Positions 37,137 through 50,550 of a DNA stretch of 64,000 nucleotides are shown piece by piece. This DNA comes from Octopus sinensis (Eukaryota), in the NCBI RefSeq assembly GCF_006345805.1, contig NC_042999.1, positions 81,468,001-81,532,000 on the forward strand. Reading direction: 5' to 3'. The position numbers and the translations under genes were made by a program. The notes under the pieces are model-generated. The model did not search any database. It was given only the letters and a program-made list of their open reading frames with translations, and had not been told where the DNA came from. Numbering within the stretch: position 1 is the stretch's first letter; each line of letters starts with the position of its first letter.

Positions 37137-38554
37137 CGTGCATGTACCTATGGATGCAGATGTACATTTTTCTGTCCATCTGTTTTGTATATGTATACAT
37201 ATATTTGACTATATGTAGGCATGTGTATCTTCGTATGTGCATACATGTATATATGTATTTGCGAGCATATGTATAATATCTGTACATAATACATCGACGG
37301 TAATTATATTGAAATCACATGCAAAATATATTCAAATTTTATGCAAATTAAATACGAAGCAATAACTTTATTATTTTCATGTGAGTTTACAGCGATATAA
37401 TTCTGTTGATGCTAAGCTGCTATATTTCTCTGGAGGTTTACTCTGTTAAATTTTGCCGAAAGACTGGAAATAACAAGACAAGCTTTGTAAAACCAAAAGA
37501 CAATGCTAGCAGATAAACAGATCGAACAATTTATTTTGTCACAAAACTCCTGAACTGCCTAGTAACAGAAACGTTTCTCGTATTTATTTTGCTTCACGTC
37601 TTTAAACTATTATGTTAACAAAGTTTTGCTGTCCATATTGTTTGATATTTTGATATTTTTAGTTATTTTGTTATTCTCTGCTATTTACTGAGAAAAAGAA
37701 TGCATATTTATTGGTTTAACACTTTCGAAATGAATACGTAAGATAAAATTTCAAAAAGTCAATACTTCATTTATTATTATTTATTATTATTTCAGTAAAC
37801 TGCATTCCTATTGCATAATTTTACTGCATAACTCTGCACAACTCTGTGAGATTTAATTGTGTGAAAGTTTGTACAATATAGAAATATACAGAAAATTTTA
37901 GTCAAATCTAATGTTCATGTAATCCATAAGTCCTAGCACCCAATGTGTTACCTTGAGTCCATGTTATTAACATTTATCACATTGTGGATTAAGAAGACGC
38001 TCCACAAACGGAGCCATTCTGGTTTTATTTCTTACTCTTTCAATCTGACATTAAGTATCTTTGCTAGAATATTAAGATTTAGCTGATTGTATGCGTCAAG
38101 ACAAATGCAATGCAGGATGATTTTCTTTTACTTTAAACTATTTCAATCAAAAGTTTAGAAAAATAACACTCCCTCTTTAACTTTTACATCGGTGATTTAC
38201 AAAATGTGAACACAACACAAATGCTGCATTTTCTTTCAGTAGTAGAGAAATTCACCAACGTAAAGACATGAACAACAAAACGATGCCGTTTGGAAGCAAT
38301 TAGTATGTCACTCATCCTGCAAGGAATTGTAGCTTAAATAACTTTTAAATCATAATCTTGAGTATTAAAAAGAACATTCAAATTAACATTAATATAAAAG
38401 AGAAATGGCTGAAATAACGTCGATCATAGATTAAGGCGAACAAAATTCGGACCTTCGTATCATAGGTGATTTACCTCTATTGTGAAATATATAGAAATAT
38501 ACTGCAAAAAAAAATAGAGGAAAACAATGTCGTCTTAATTATGTGAATATTCAA

Positions 38555-39362
38555 TATGAGGAATTACAACCGTATTTCGTGGTCTGCTACCAGAACAGCT
38601 CCTTTACAGGATCCATTTTGCTCAAGACATCATCAGGAGGAACCACGTCCCGTCTCGGCCCCTACTCTCTACCGTTTTGACGTAGCCAGGCCCCCCTGTT
38701 CGGAGGTGTCTTCAGCTCGGGTGTTGGGTGCATGTCTTCTTTCTTTTTCTTTCTTCTGTTCCCTGGCCTCTTAGATGTATCGTCAGCGAGTGTTAGCCGG
38801 TGACTGACTGACTTGTCAAAATTTTCCCTTTAAATACCTGCCGCTAGGCTCCAGCAGGCATACCCAACAAGTTGTCACGTGACACTGTCTCACCTTAACT
38901 GACTAGTGAAGGCGCGTAGTCTTAACCCGCGCATTCTCTAAACGACCGCCACTTGTCAGTCAGCGAAGCTGATTCAGTGTCAGCTTGTCTCACCTAGTGA
39001 TGTTATTTCCCGCCGGCATGTTATAACTTTCAAGCCAATTTTGGTCTCCCCGCTTCAGCCATATATAGAAACTGGCTTTTTCCGCCACCTCCTGTACTCT
39101 CCTTATTAGTTTTCGCAGCTCGGCGCTATAAAAATCAAATATTTTGAAAAGCGTTGTCATTTACCTTTCAATGAAGCCACTAGCCCCCACTGCCAGGTGA
39201 TAATATTCGACATTCCATCCCTGTTCTCTGCATTCTTCGATTAGTTTTTCGTACCTTTTCTCCTTTCGTTCCTCTGCATTGCCGATGTTCTCTTCCCAAG
39301 GTACTGTCAGTTCTAGTAAAATTTCTATTCTCCGTTCTCTGTTCCATAGGACTAAATCTAAC
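38555..39362 (-). mobile_element. HERO-type RLE non-LTR retrotransposon 3' fragment
   Basis: 39358-39021 translates as DLVLWNRERRIEILLELTVPWEENIGNAEERKEKRYEKLIEECREQGW..VGASGF..AEKASFYIWLKR with one stop (missed by the ORF track). A GC-richer 3' UTR follows. Confidence 0.8.
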
Positions 39363-39444
39363 CAGAATTGCCTAATTTTTTGGCAATGATTAGAATTGGA
39401 TGAAACAAGAAGGCTTTGGCTTTAAATAGAAACATACACGATGA

Positions 39445-39515
<71 letters not shown>

Positions 39516-39660
39516 TAATAATAATAATAATAATAATAATACTACTACTACTACTACTAATAATAATAATAATAATAATAAATAATAATGATAATACTAA
39601 TAATAATAATGATGATGATAATAATAATAATGATGATAATAATAATAATAATAATAATAA
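39445..39660. repeat. (AAT)n/(ACT)n/(GAT)n microsatellite
   Basis: Directly visible. Confidence 0.97.
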
Positions 39661-40360
39661 AAGCCTCCCCACCAGAAAATACCAAAAACTTGTAACTGCA
39701 GAATATGTGAAGATGGACAAGAAACAATAAATCATATTACCTCTGGCTGCCCAGTCCTGGCTAAGAAGGAATATATTCATAAACATGACAGAGTTGGGAC
39801 CTACATACACTGGACGCTATGCCAGCATTACGGAATAACAACAGAAAAAAATGGTATAGGCACACACCAGAAAAGGTCACAGAAAACGAGAAAGCAACTC
39901 TGGGATATGCCAATACACACAGGTACAGAAATTAAGGCCAACAGACCAGATATAGTTGTCAGAGATCATAAAGGAAAAAAATGCTTTCTAATTGATGTAT
40001 CAATACCAGCAAATGATAACGTGTCTCTAAAAGAAATGGTGAAACTTACAAAATACAATGACCTGGAAATAGAGGTAACCAGAATGTGGAATATAAAGAC
40101 AGAAACAATTCCTATCATAGTAGGTGCATTAGGCATGATAAAAAAGTATTCAGACAAATACGTAACAAAGACACTAGGACGTACAAACACATATAACATA
40201 CAGAAAATTGCACTACTAGACACTGCACACATCCTACGCAAAGCACTTTCCATACAGTAACCATCAGAGCATCACAACAAATCACAGCATATACCCAAGG
40301 CACACAGCGCTGCACTCGGTAGTGAATTGAAAGCACTCTATAAAAATAAAATTACTGAAT
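39661..40360 (+). mobile_element. R4/Dong-type LINE 3' fragment, same subfamily and same 5' end as 500-1227
   Basis: NRPDIVVRDH..CFLIDVSIP..IPIIVGALG; 3' UTR shared with 1128-1227. Confidence 0.9.
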
Positions 40361-40384
40361 AATAACAATAATGATGATAATATT

Positions 40385-41975
40385 AAGACCATGATAACCA
40401 TAATTTACTGTCAGAAGAACAGGAAGGTTGACTGAAGAAGCCTAGAAGAACGCATGACCATTTATACATCGACAAAGCAGTTCTAAATGAAGTAAAAGCT
40501 AGTAAGAAAAATCTAACAATAGCATGGATAGATTATCAGAAATCCTATGACATGATACCACACTCATGGATAAGTGGATGTTTGAGCATGTTCAGTAGAG
40601 CAACATAAGAGAATGACCTTCTCTTAATAAAAAGTAGATCTCTATTTAGGTGACACTCTCTTAGGGAAAGTTAATATCAAGACAGAAATTTTCCAATGGA
40701 ACACGTCATCCCCTTTAATATTTGTCTTATGCTTGATAGCGCTCAGTTTAGTATTAAGAAAGTCAAAGCCAGAGTATCAGTTCAGTAATAGTAATGGAGA
40801 TCTTAACCATTTGCTTTACGTGGATCATCTGAAGCTTTTTAATAAGAAAGAAAAATAAATAGATTTCTTAATATAGACTGTATTACATTTCAGCAAAGAT
40901 ATATGCATGGAATTTGGTATAGATAATCGTGAAATGTTAGTCATGAGAAGGGGACAAGTAGTTAATAGTGAAGGCATACAATTACCAGATGGCTAGACAT
41001 TAAAATCATTGAAAGGGGGAGAGATTTATAAGTATCTACGAGTAGTAGAATCTGACAGATTTCTAACAACAGAAAGGGAAATGAAAATTGAGGAGTACAT
41101 CCGAACACTAATGAAGTCAAAGTTAAATGGTTCGAATCTAGGGAAGACTGAAAATACTTTGGAGGTATCATTACTTAGATACTCAGCAGCTTTTATAGAT
41201 TGGACAAAAAATGAATTAGCAAAGCTAGACATAAGAACTAGGTATGAATTTAATATGAATGGAGGACTCCACACAAAAGCAGGGGTAGGAAGATTATATT
41301 TATCTAGTAAGGTAGGTGGGAGAGGCTTAATATCAGTAGAAGACTGCGTGGAGTTAGCAAGAGTACATAGTGCGTAATAGTGAAAAATATTTATTAAGAT
41401 ATGCTAGATTCACAGCAAGAAATAGGGAACCCCCACCAAAAAAAAACAACAAAAACAAACGACGTTAAAAATCAGAAAAAGGAACAGAAGTTAGCTAGCT
41501 GAATGCTAGGAGAAAACTTTGCATGGTAGATTCCCAAAGGTAGTTGCAGCAAATAGTAGTAGTGGGACACGGTTATAGCTGCAGAATGGCTGAAAAGTGA
41601 GACAGAAATTTTGTTAGTAGCAGCACAATATCAAGCATTAAGGATCGATTGGATAAAAGTCAAGGTAGACCAAAGTCAAGTAGATTCCTAATGTAGGTTA
41701 TGCGAAGCAAATGATAAATGTGTTACTCATAAGTAAATATAGCATGCTGGTACAGAGAGAATACAAGAAAAGATATGACAATTTTAGGGGTGTAATCCAG
41801 TGTGAGTTATGTAGAAAGCTAGAATCTGAACTTACTACTAAACTAGAAATACAAGTTGTTGTGGGACTTTAACATTCAAACTGACAGAGTGATAGAAGCT
41901 TGAAGGCCTGATTTAGTAGTAGATAAAGAGAATAGAAAGTACCATATAATTTATTTTACAGTTCCAAATGATGAA
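40385..41975 (+). mobile_element. Decayed R4/Dong-type LINE (subfamily of 16820-18241)
   Basis: AWIDYQKSYDMIPHSWI, NHLLYVD, YKYL and RLYL..GGRGLIS motifs; DNA similar to 16.8-18.2 kb. Confidence 0.85.
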
Positions 41976-43093
41976 AAATCCTTGGGTCAAATTAAACGGA
42001 CGGAATAAGATCGATGCTATCAACACCTGGGTAGTTTCACTCCTTAGATATGGGGGAAGGGTAATCGCACGGACAGTAGACGAAATAAACAACTTATTGG
42101 ATCCGAACACAGCATTAAAGCAGTAGAAAACAACATAGCATGGTATGTAAAAAATGCCACAGAACCGATATTACTAGAAGTAAGAATGTTAGGCTTGTGT
42201 AGGATGAAAGATTGCAAAAACCTATAAAAGAAATTGAAAACGAATGAAACAGTAAATATGTGTGTAAAGAAAAGAATGCGTGGTTAATTTCATAGGGGTG
42301 TTAAATATAAGACAGACAGATTAAAAAGATGGCTGTGGATGACTAAAAGTGATTTTAAAGCGGAAAGGGAGGCTTTAATCTGTGTTGCCCAAAAGCAACC
42401 ACTAAGAACAAACTACATAAAGTACAGAATAGACAACACAGCAGATAGTGATAAGTGCAGAATCTGTGGACAAAACGGTGAAACCTTATGGCATATTACC
42501 AATCAATATACACCATTAGCCCAGAAGGAATATAAGAGACGCCACGGCAATATAGCCAGGATTGTCCATTGGACACTTTGCAACAAGTATAGACTTGACA
42601 GAGCAAAAATGGGTATGACCACAAACCTGAAGGCATCGTCGAAAATAGAAATGGAAAGACCCTATGGGATTTTGTGATTCGGTGCGACCATGAGATAGAG
42701 AATAGGAAGCCGGACCTAGTCTTAATTGAGAACGAAAACAAATTATTCTGACAACAAGGTATGCGATAAAGAAGAAAGAAAAGTTGAAAGATATGACAGG
42801 TTAGCTTGGGAAGTTTAACAGTTACAGGTAGGTAGCAATAGTAACAATAATAGGAAGGTAGTAATAGTAACAATAATTGTCGGATCCCTGGGAACAGTGA
42901 ACAAAAATATCGAGAAGTATGTGAAACAAATAGGGGCAGCAAAAAGGGTGGAGCACTTGCAGAAAACAGCACTGTTTGGAACCACCCGAATACTCCAGAC
43001 GGTGCTCGAAAAATAAGAGCAGTTATCTTAGTTCACTGGTAGTGAAGAGCTGACACCGCAGTACATCTCCAGTGTTAGCAGCTGTGCAAAGGC
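41975..43093 (+). mobile_element. Third R4/Dong-type subfamily fragment, fused downstream
   Basis: AINTWVVSLLRY, CRICGQ..ET.WHI, YKRRH, RKPDLV and IVGSLG motifs; distinct 3' UTR, then (AAT)n at 43094-43270. Confidence 0.85.
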
Positions 43094-43109
43094 AATAATA
43101 ATAATAGTA

Positions 43110-43240
<131 letters not shown>

Positions 43241-43941
43241 TAATGATAATGATGATGATGATGATGATGATAAAAATGATACCGCGAGTAAAATATTCCC
43301 ATCGAAATAAAACACCTTCCATTGTGAGTGTGGACTCTGGCAATTATATTGATTCGTGAATGCATTTGTTATTCAATTTTATCAATTAAGAAAGGATGAA
43401 AGTCAAAAATCCTCCATGCTGGAATTGAAAATCAGAACATTAAAGAATGTAGCTAAGTATCAAGAGACGTTTGGCATTTTTTTTTCACATATTATGCCAC
43501 TCAGTATAATGATTTTATCACGAAAATAAACATTTTGCATTTTCATCGATGCAACAATCGCTTTTGAGCAACATTTCTGCAGAATATCAAAGATATCAAA
43601 GAGCAACTACAACAACAGCGAAACTAACAAGATGTTCCATAAGAGAATTAAAAAGATGCGAATACAAAATACATAGTATGATACTGAATATGATGAATAC
43701 AAAATTGACCAATTAAGAAGGATTCATACCTTTGCAAGTATTATAAAACATAGCCTTACTAGGCACATTACATGATTACACCCCGCAAATCAGTATTTGG
43801 CTAAATCATATTCTGGAACATTAAATGAACGGAAGTAACAGTGTAACATGCTTCACATCCCACACGCATATTATCACACACACTCCAAAAATCATATAGA
43901 CACCTATCTATGTATATCCGTGTGCGTATACACATGATTTA

Positions 43942-43979
<38 letters not shown>

Positions 43980-44185
43980 CATTATCTGTTGTATATATAT
44001 ATATATAATGTATGTGCTTTGTTTATACGCCAGATTTGCTGCGGGATAGCATCTTCCCCCAACGAATTATATACAAAAGACAAACTATGTATGAGTGACT
44101 AATGTTTATATTATTAGAGCTGGTTTTCTTTCGTAATCACGCATGCGCGCACACACAATCACACACACACACAAACAGACACACA

Positions 44186-44263
<78 letters not shown>

Positions 44264-44589
44264 TATATATATATACAGGGAGAGAGAGAGAACAAAATAT
44301 TTTAGTGGAGAAAACACGAGTGGTGAATATGAACAGACAAAGAGAAAAGATGAAATATCACAGAAGATTTGTGTTACAGATTTAAGAGTGTATTAAAGCC
44401 GTGATAATAAAAAAATTATACACTTTTCTACAAAATAAGGTTTTGTTCTTGCAACATACTTGAAGTAAGGACCGGTTTTGCATTGCTCATCAAACTAAAA
44501 GATGAAAGAGACAAATTGCTAGGGGGGAAATATATCGCTAAGGTATATATATACATATATTTATATATATATATATGTGTGTGTGTTTG

Positions 44590-44798
44590 TGTGTCTTTGT
44601 TTGTCCCCCTAGCATTGCTTGACAACCGATGCTGGTGTGTTTACGTCGCCGTCACTTAGCGGTTCGGCAAAAGAGACCGATAGAATAAGTACTGGGCTTA
44701 CAAAGAATAGTCCCGGGGTCGATTTGCTCGACTAAAGGCGGTGCTCCAGCATGGCCGCTGTCAAATGACTGAAGCAAGTAAAAGAGGAAAAGAGTAAA

Positions 44799-44800
<2 letters not shown>
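44590..44800 (+). mobile_element. SINE 3' half
   Basis: ttgcttgacaaccgatgctggtgtgtttacgtc...ggtgctccagcatggccgc..., with an aaagagt tail; matches 63380-63547. Confidence 0.8.
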
Positions 44801-44838
<38 letters not shown>

Positions 44839-44873
44839 TAGACAGATAGATAGATAGATAGATCGATCGATCG

Positions 44874-44912
<39 letters not shown>

Positions 44913-46288
44913 AAGATACATTCTAATGGAAATCTTTAGTTAGTGTATAGTTTTTGAAAGTTATTAAGTTCTGTATATATATTATTCCTTTTACCCATCT
45001 CTTATGAATTATTTACGATATTTGAGCTGATTATGTCTACAAGAGTGCTGGGCTCATGCTTCTTGCCCTATAGAACAAATGTATTGTTATTTACTGGAGT
45101 ATTGTAAATATTTTTTGTTTCCATGTGTTGGTTGGTTTTAAATTCCGAAATGTATCATCAGGATATTGCTTCATGCGTATGACATTGTTGATATGTTTCA
45201 CGACAATGTAATGTGAATATTTTGGTCACTTGCTGATGTTATGAGTAACGCCTTAGATATATTGCTATGGCGCAAGATAGATCTGTCATATTGCAGACGT
45301 CTAGAGATATTTTCTCCCCTATTGATTACATTTTGACTAGCTGCCCCTTATTTCTGGAGAGCATTTTCTTCACAGATTCCCTGTACGATATTGCGGTTAT
45401 TGGTATTCTCTAGCTTGTAATGTGTGTATTCTTGCATTGAATTCTGTTTACATGATGAATATTTGCTTTTCCCCCAACCTGTATTTAGATATATCAGTAC
45501 GTTTTTATATTTACATAGTCATTTATATATGAAGAGAGCCTCTTCTGGGGAGTTTTTGTCTCATGGTATAGCTGTCCCCGCTGAGAGCACATGACAAAAT
45601 CGTTTCTCATTCAACTGATTGATAATTGCTAAGTGACGCGATGCACGCTCAAAGATCATCTGGATTGATTTCATGCCATTGGCGTGAAAGATCCCAGTCG
45701 TTCATAACTTCCTAATCTTGACATGCATTACGCAGATTTCAAATAGCCAGATGTTTTTAGTAGCCCTGATACAAGCACGGATGTTGGAACAAGCATTTCA
45801 GAATATAGTTTTACTTAATACACGTAACATTCAATAGATAGCACATGTAATAGAGTATTAATAATTTCTGTCTCCAATGTGTCATGCGTGTAGCCATCAC
45901 CATTTAGAATGAGCGTTTATTTTTCTATTCCTTTTATTATTTGTTTAATTATCTTTTATTTATTCACTTATTCTTCAATGCCGACCGCTTTCTTAGTCGG
46001 ATCTCTTTCCTTCTCTATTTTTCGGTCCAAATTTCTTCCTCTGTATTTTCACTTGCTGCCCTCTGCTAACATTCTATATTTAATTTCTCTCTGTTTATTC
46101 TTCTCTCTACTTTGTCTTTTGTTTCTAATACATATTTTGCTTTTACTTTTCTCCTTATCCTTCTTTCACTTCACTAATGCTTTCATTAATTATTTGTGCT
46201 AAATTTACGTGGTGGTGGTGATAGTAGTAGTAGTAGAATTAGTACTAGTAGTAGTTTTAGTGGTAGTAACAGCAGCATCAGCAGCAGC

Positions 46289-46345
<57 letters not shown>

Positions 46346-46471
46346 CCTGGAAAATGACTTCCTGGTTTTATTCATATGTATGCTGTCTTGAACTTCAGGA
46401 ATATTTCATTTGCACAAAATAACGTTCATCTACTTCAATATGTATTCATTGCCATGAATATACACATATAT

Positions 46472-46533
<62 letters not shown>

Positions 46534-47000
46534 AGCATGCATATTTACATGCATTCGTATACACATATTCATGCACACAAGCGCGTAACGTAACTTTTAT
46601 AACTTCATTTCATTATTTCATATTTGTTTTCTTATGACTCACAAAGCTATCAGACTTGTTGGTTAGTTTATATATGCTTGATTTATGGACCTTGATATAG
46701 TTGGGTGTGTAGGTACGCATGGCGTGTTTGGGTGGTCATATGTCATGCAAATATATTAACATATGTGTACATAAAAAAATATAGGTATTATATATAAATG
46801 TGTATAATATAAATATGACTATATGAATGTATCATATATAAAAGTATATAATATGCATATAAATATACATATATATATAAGCATATATATATATATAAAT
46901 GCATATATTGTGAATAAACAAATATAAAATTGTGTATATTATGTATAAATATATGTATGATATATAAATATATAAATCTATATATCTATCTATATATATA

Positions 47001-47047
<47 letters not shown>

Positions 47048-47702
47048 TGTTATACATCATATATCATAAAGAAATGTATATCGTATATATATAAATATAT
47101 ATACATATATATATAATATATAAATATGTATAGTATGTATAGGCACTTATGAATACCATATAGCGGGATATACATGAAATTATATTTATTTATATATGTG
47201 TGTGTATGTATGTGTGTGTATATACGCACACACACCACCGGTGTATTTACGTATGTATGCACATATATACGTATATATGAAGATATGCTCGCATGGATGT
47301 AAGTGTGCGCATACATGCAATTCCATTACGAACATGGAAAGGAGAGACAAAAATATCTAATCGAACTATAAAGGGAAAACAACAAAATATTTGATTTATC
47401 ATTTCATCTTAAGTATCACTAAGCTTAGAGCAGTTGATGTAATCAGAAGGCAAATGAGTCAAATAGTTCAATAGCTGCAAATCAAATAACATTTGGAATA
47501 AGAAACAAAAAAAAATATTAAGAATATATCTATAAAAGACTGAACAAATAATGTATTACAAAATATAACAGGGGCACAATAATTGTGTTGTTTCGATTAC
47601 ATCTAACAATTTTTCCCGCTGATATAATTTCGTATTTATTGCAAGCAATGTTGTAAGATTAAATTTGTATTACAGAGTATGTGTCACATGAAGCCTTCAT
47701 TG

Positions 47703-47752
<50 letters not shown>

Positions 47753-47948
47753 TATATATATATTATATATATATATATATATATCGTGACGTATATTGCC
47801 ATTTCAATATGGCTAACCCCTAAGGGTGGATGCTACTGTAGTTTTTAGCCCCAGGAGGACACACTCCTCCAGCTGCCATAGACACACTATCTGTGTCCTG
47901 TCAGTATTTGCAAAGGGAAGTCATCCTTCCCGTCTTCAACTTATGATA

Positions 47949-47993
47949 CACACGGACTCGAGTTTCGAGGTATTGACCTCTCGTCAGCGTGTG
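47949..47993 (-). ncRNA. Type I hammerhead ribozyme, unit 1
   Basis: Minus strand: CACACG-CTGACGA-GAGGT(caat)ACCTC-GAAA-CTCGAG-TC-CGTGTG. All core nucleotides present; GUC cleavage triplet. Confidence 0.93.
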
Positions 47994-48300
47994 ACAATCA
48001 TAGTTGTCGCCGAGAATTAGATTTCCTTCACAAATACTTATACTTTTTCCAGCGCCCACTGTCGCTGATATTGAAAAAGTGAAATCAAACAATGATAAAT
48101 ATCAAAGTGAGTTATATACAGTAGCGGTAACACATCGTGACGTATATTGCCATTTCAATATGGCTAACCCCTAAGGGTGGATGCTACTGTAGTTTTTAGC
48201 CCCAGGAGGACACACTCCTCCAGCTGGCCATAGACACACTATCTGTGTCCTGTCAGTATTTGCAAAGGGAAGTCATCCTTCCCGTCTTCAACTTATGATA

Positions 48301-48345
48301 CACACGGACTCGAGTTTCGAGGTATTGACCTCTCGTCAGCGTGTG
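48301..48345 (-). ncRNA. Type I hammerhead ribozyme, unit 2
   Basis: Identical to unit 1, offset 352. Confidence 0.93.
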
Positions 48346-48652
48346 ACAATCATAGTTGTCGCCGAGAATTAGATTTCCTTCACAAATACTTATACTTTTT
48401 CCAGCGCCCACTGTCGCTGATATTGAAAAAGTGAAATCAAACAATGATAAATATCAAAGTGAGTTATATACAGTAGCGGTAACACATCGTGACGTATATT
48501 GCCATTTCAATATGGCTAACCCCTAAGGGTGGATGCTACTGTAGTTTTTAGCCCCAGGAGGACACACTCCTCCAGCTGGCCATAGACACACTATCTGTGT
48601 CCTGTCAGTATTTGCAAAGGGAATTCATCCTTCCCGTCTTCAACTTATGATA

Positions 48653-48697
48653 CACACGGACTCGAGTTTCGAGGTATTGACCTCTCGTCAGCGTGTG
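48653..48697 (-). ncRNA. Type I hammerhead ribozyme, unit 3
   Basis: Identical core, offset 704 from unit 1. Confidence 0.93.
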
Positions 48698-48896
48698 ACA
48701 ATCATAGCTGTCGCCGAGAATTAGATTTCCTTCACAAATACTTATACTTTTTCCAGCGACCACTGTCGCTGATATTGAAAAAGTGAAATCAAACAATGAT
48801 AAATATCAAAGTGAGTTATATACAGTAGCGGTAACACATCGTGACGTATATTGCCATTTCAATATATATATATATATATATTGCAATGAAGGCTTT

Positions 48897-49103
48897 CCGG
48901 TTTCAATGGCGTATGTATTCACCAGCTAGACGGTACACCAGTCCATCGCAGGGTTACTCATTTTTGCCAGCTGAGTGGACTGGAGCAACGTGAAATGAAA
49001 TGTTTTGCTCAAGAATATAACGTGTCGTCCGGTCCAGGAATCGAAACCACAATCACACGATTGTGATGCAGACACCCTAACCACTAAGCCACGTGCCTCC
49101 ACA
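48897..49103 (-). mobile_element. tRNA-derived SINE, apparently 3'-truncated
   Basis: Minus strand tgtggaggcacgtggcttagtggttaggg...ggtttcgattcctggaccgg (A and B boxes); head shared with the 1847 family, different body. Confidence 0.82.
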
Positions 49104-49153
49104 TTATATATATTTGTGTGTGTGTATGTATGTATATATATATATGTATATAA

Positions 49154-49202
<49 letters not shown>

Positions 49203-50231
49203 CACACATACACACACACACACACACATATATATAAAACATTTCATATATGCTCAAATATTCATTTTTAATGGCATATGCGATACGTATACCTCTGAGT
49301 GCGGGGTGAGCAGGTTGGGCATGTGAGTATGTAAGTGTGTAAGTGTGTACATAAATATACGTTTACACGTTGCTGTGTTTTTCAAAGTTTGTTCTTCTTT
49401 TAAAAGTTGTCAAATTCAATGAAAACTCTCTTTTTGCTTTTGCAATTATTGCCCTCATCAAATGCTCTTTCATTTTATTGATTCGTTTCATCATTGTGTC
49501 TCTTTATATCATTGATTGTGATTGATATTGAGTAGAATATATTTATGTGTTAGTGATATGTATGTTCGGCTGGTTACAACAATGATCCGTATCATTTTAA
49601 TGATGATGATCTAAATGTGATAATGGCGGTAATGTTATTAATACTCATTACAGCGTCGCATGTTTTAAGTGATAATACATACGTGTACTTGTTTCCCTGG
49701 TACGTAATTTTTTTCCAACAACGAAGTATAGTATTAACAAAATGATTAAATAGTTCATGACACTGTAAGATTTGTACGTCATTTTTTATGGTACATGTAT
49801 TATAAATAGTTCTGCTTTAAAGTATGAAAGTACAGAGAGGAAGGGTGTTTAAGTTGAATAATATTGATTTTTTTTAGTACAGGTAAAAACATAGATATAT
49901 ATTCTGAGACTGTACAAGTTGCAACATATATGCATTATTTTACGGCTGTGGTAGTTACAAATTGGAGTACAACACGCGAGATATTTTAGAAAACTAACCA
50001 GGTATGAGTTAAGTTACGCGTAGATAAAAAAAAAACTATATATACTGAAATTACTATCGTACCCTTTTTTATATGGATCTATTTCATTTTTCATAGGTAA
50101 ACGGACGCACTAAAACTGTAAAAAATTGAGCAACATGAACAATGAAAACACGCACACAAACACTATTCCACACACGCTGAGACAAAAACTTGCCTTTGCA
50201 CACGTGAGTGTGTGTATGTCTGTGTGTGTGT

Positions 50232-50268
<37 letters not shown>

Positions 50269-50277
50269 CGTGTATGT

Positions 50278-50550
50278 ATGAAAATTGGTCGTATATAACA
50301 ATGTGAAACGTAAAGATCATGGAGGACGTACGACAAAGCACCGCAAAGCACCTCCTAAACAGGACTTCACCCGAAGAAGGTTATGCTTTCAAATTGGTGA
50401 GATTGGTGAAACATTATCTTTTACGAGATTCTTCCTTTGGACGGGACAATCAATACGGATGTGTACTCTGACCAGTTCGACAAATTAAACGCAGCAATTA
50501 GCCAGAATCATCCAGAACTTACCTATCATACGGGCATTGTGTTTCATGAA
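50278..50550 (+). mobile_element. Mariner transposase remnant
   Basis: VVYNNVKRK..W and GLHPKKVMLSNW*DW*NIIFYEILP..TINTDVYSDQFDKLNAAISQNHPEL. Confidence 0.82.

Larger units (their letters stand above)
47783..48865 (-). mobile_element. Non-LTR retrozyme-like tandem array, ~3.1 x 352 bp
   Basis: Units start at 47783, 48134, 48486 and (partial) 48838. About 4 differences by eye. One complete HHR per unit; (TA)n on both sides. Confidence 0.9.

Noticed and set aside
47901-48796. 63-aa minus-strand ORF in each repeat unit, with a P-loop-like ATVGAGKS
   Set aside because: TTG start, very short, no other NTPase motifs, the motif is mutated in unit 3, and the ORF overlaps the ribozyme. Most likely chance.
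47783-48865. CRISPR-like array
   Set aside because: Units are 352 bp and fully repeated, with no unique spacers and no cas genes; eukaryotic context.
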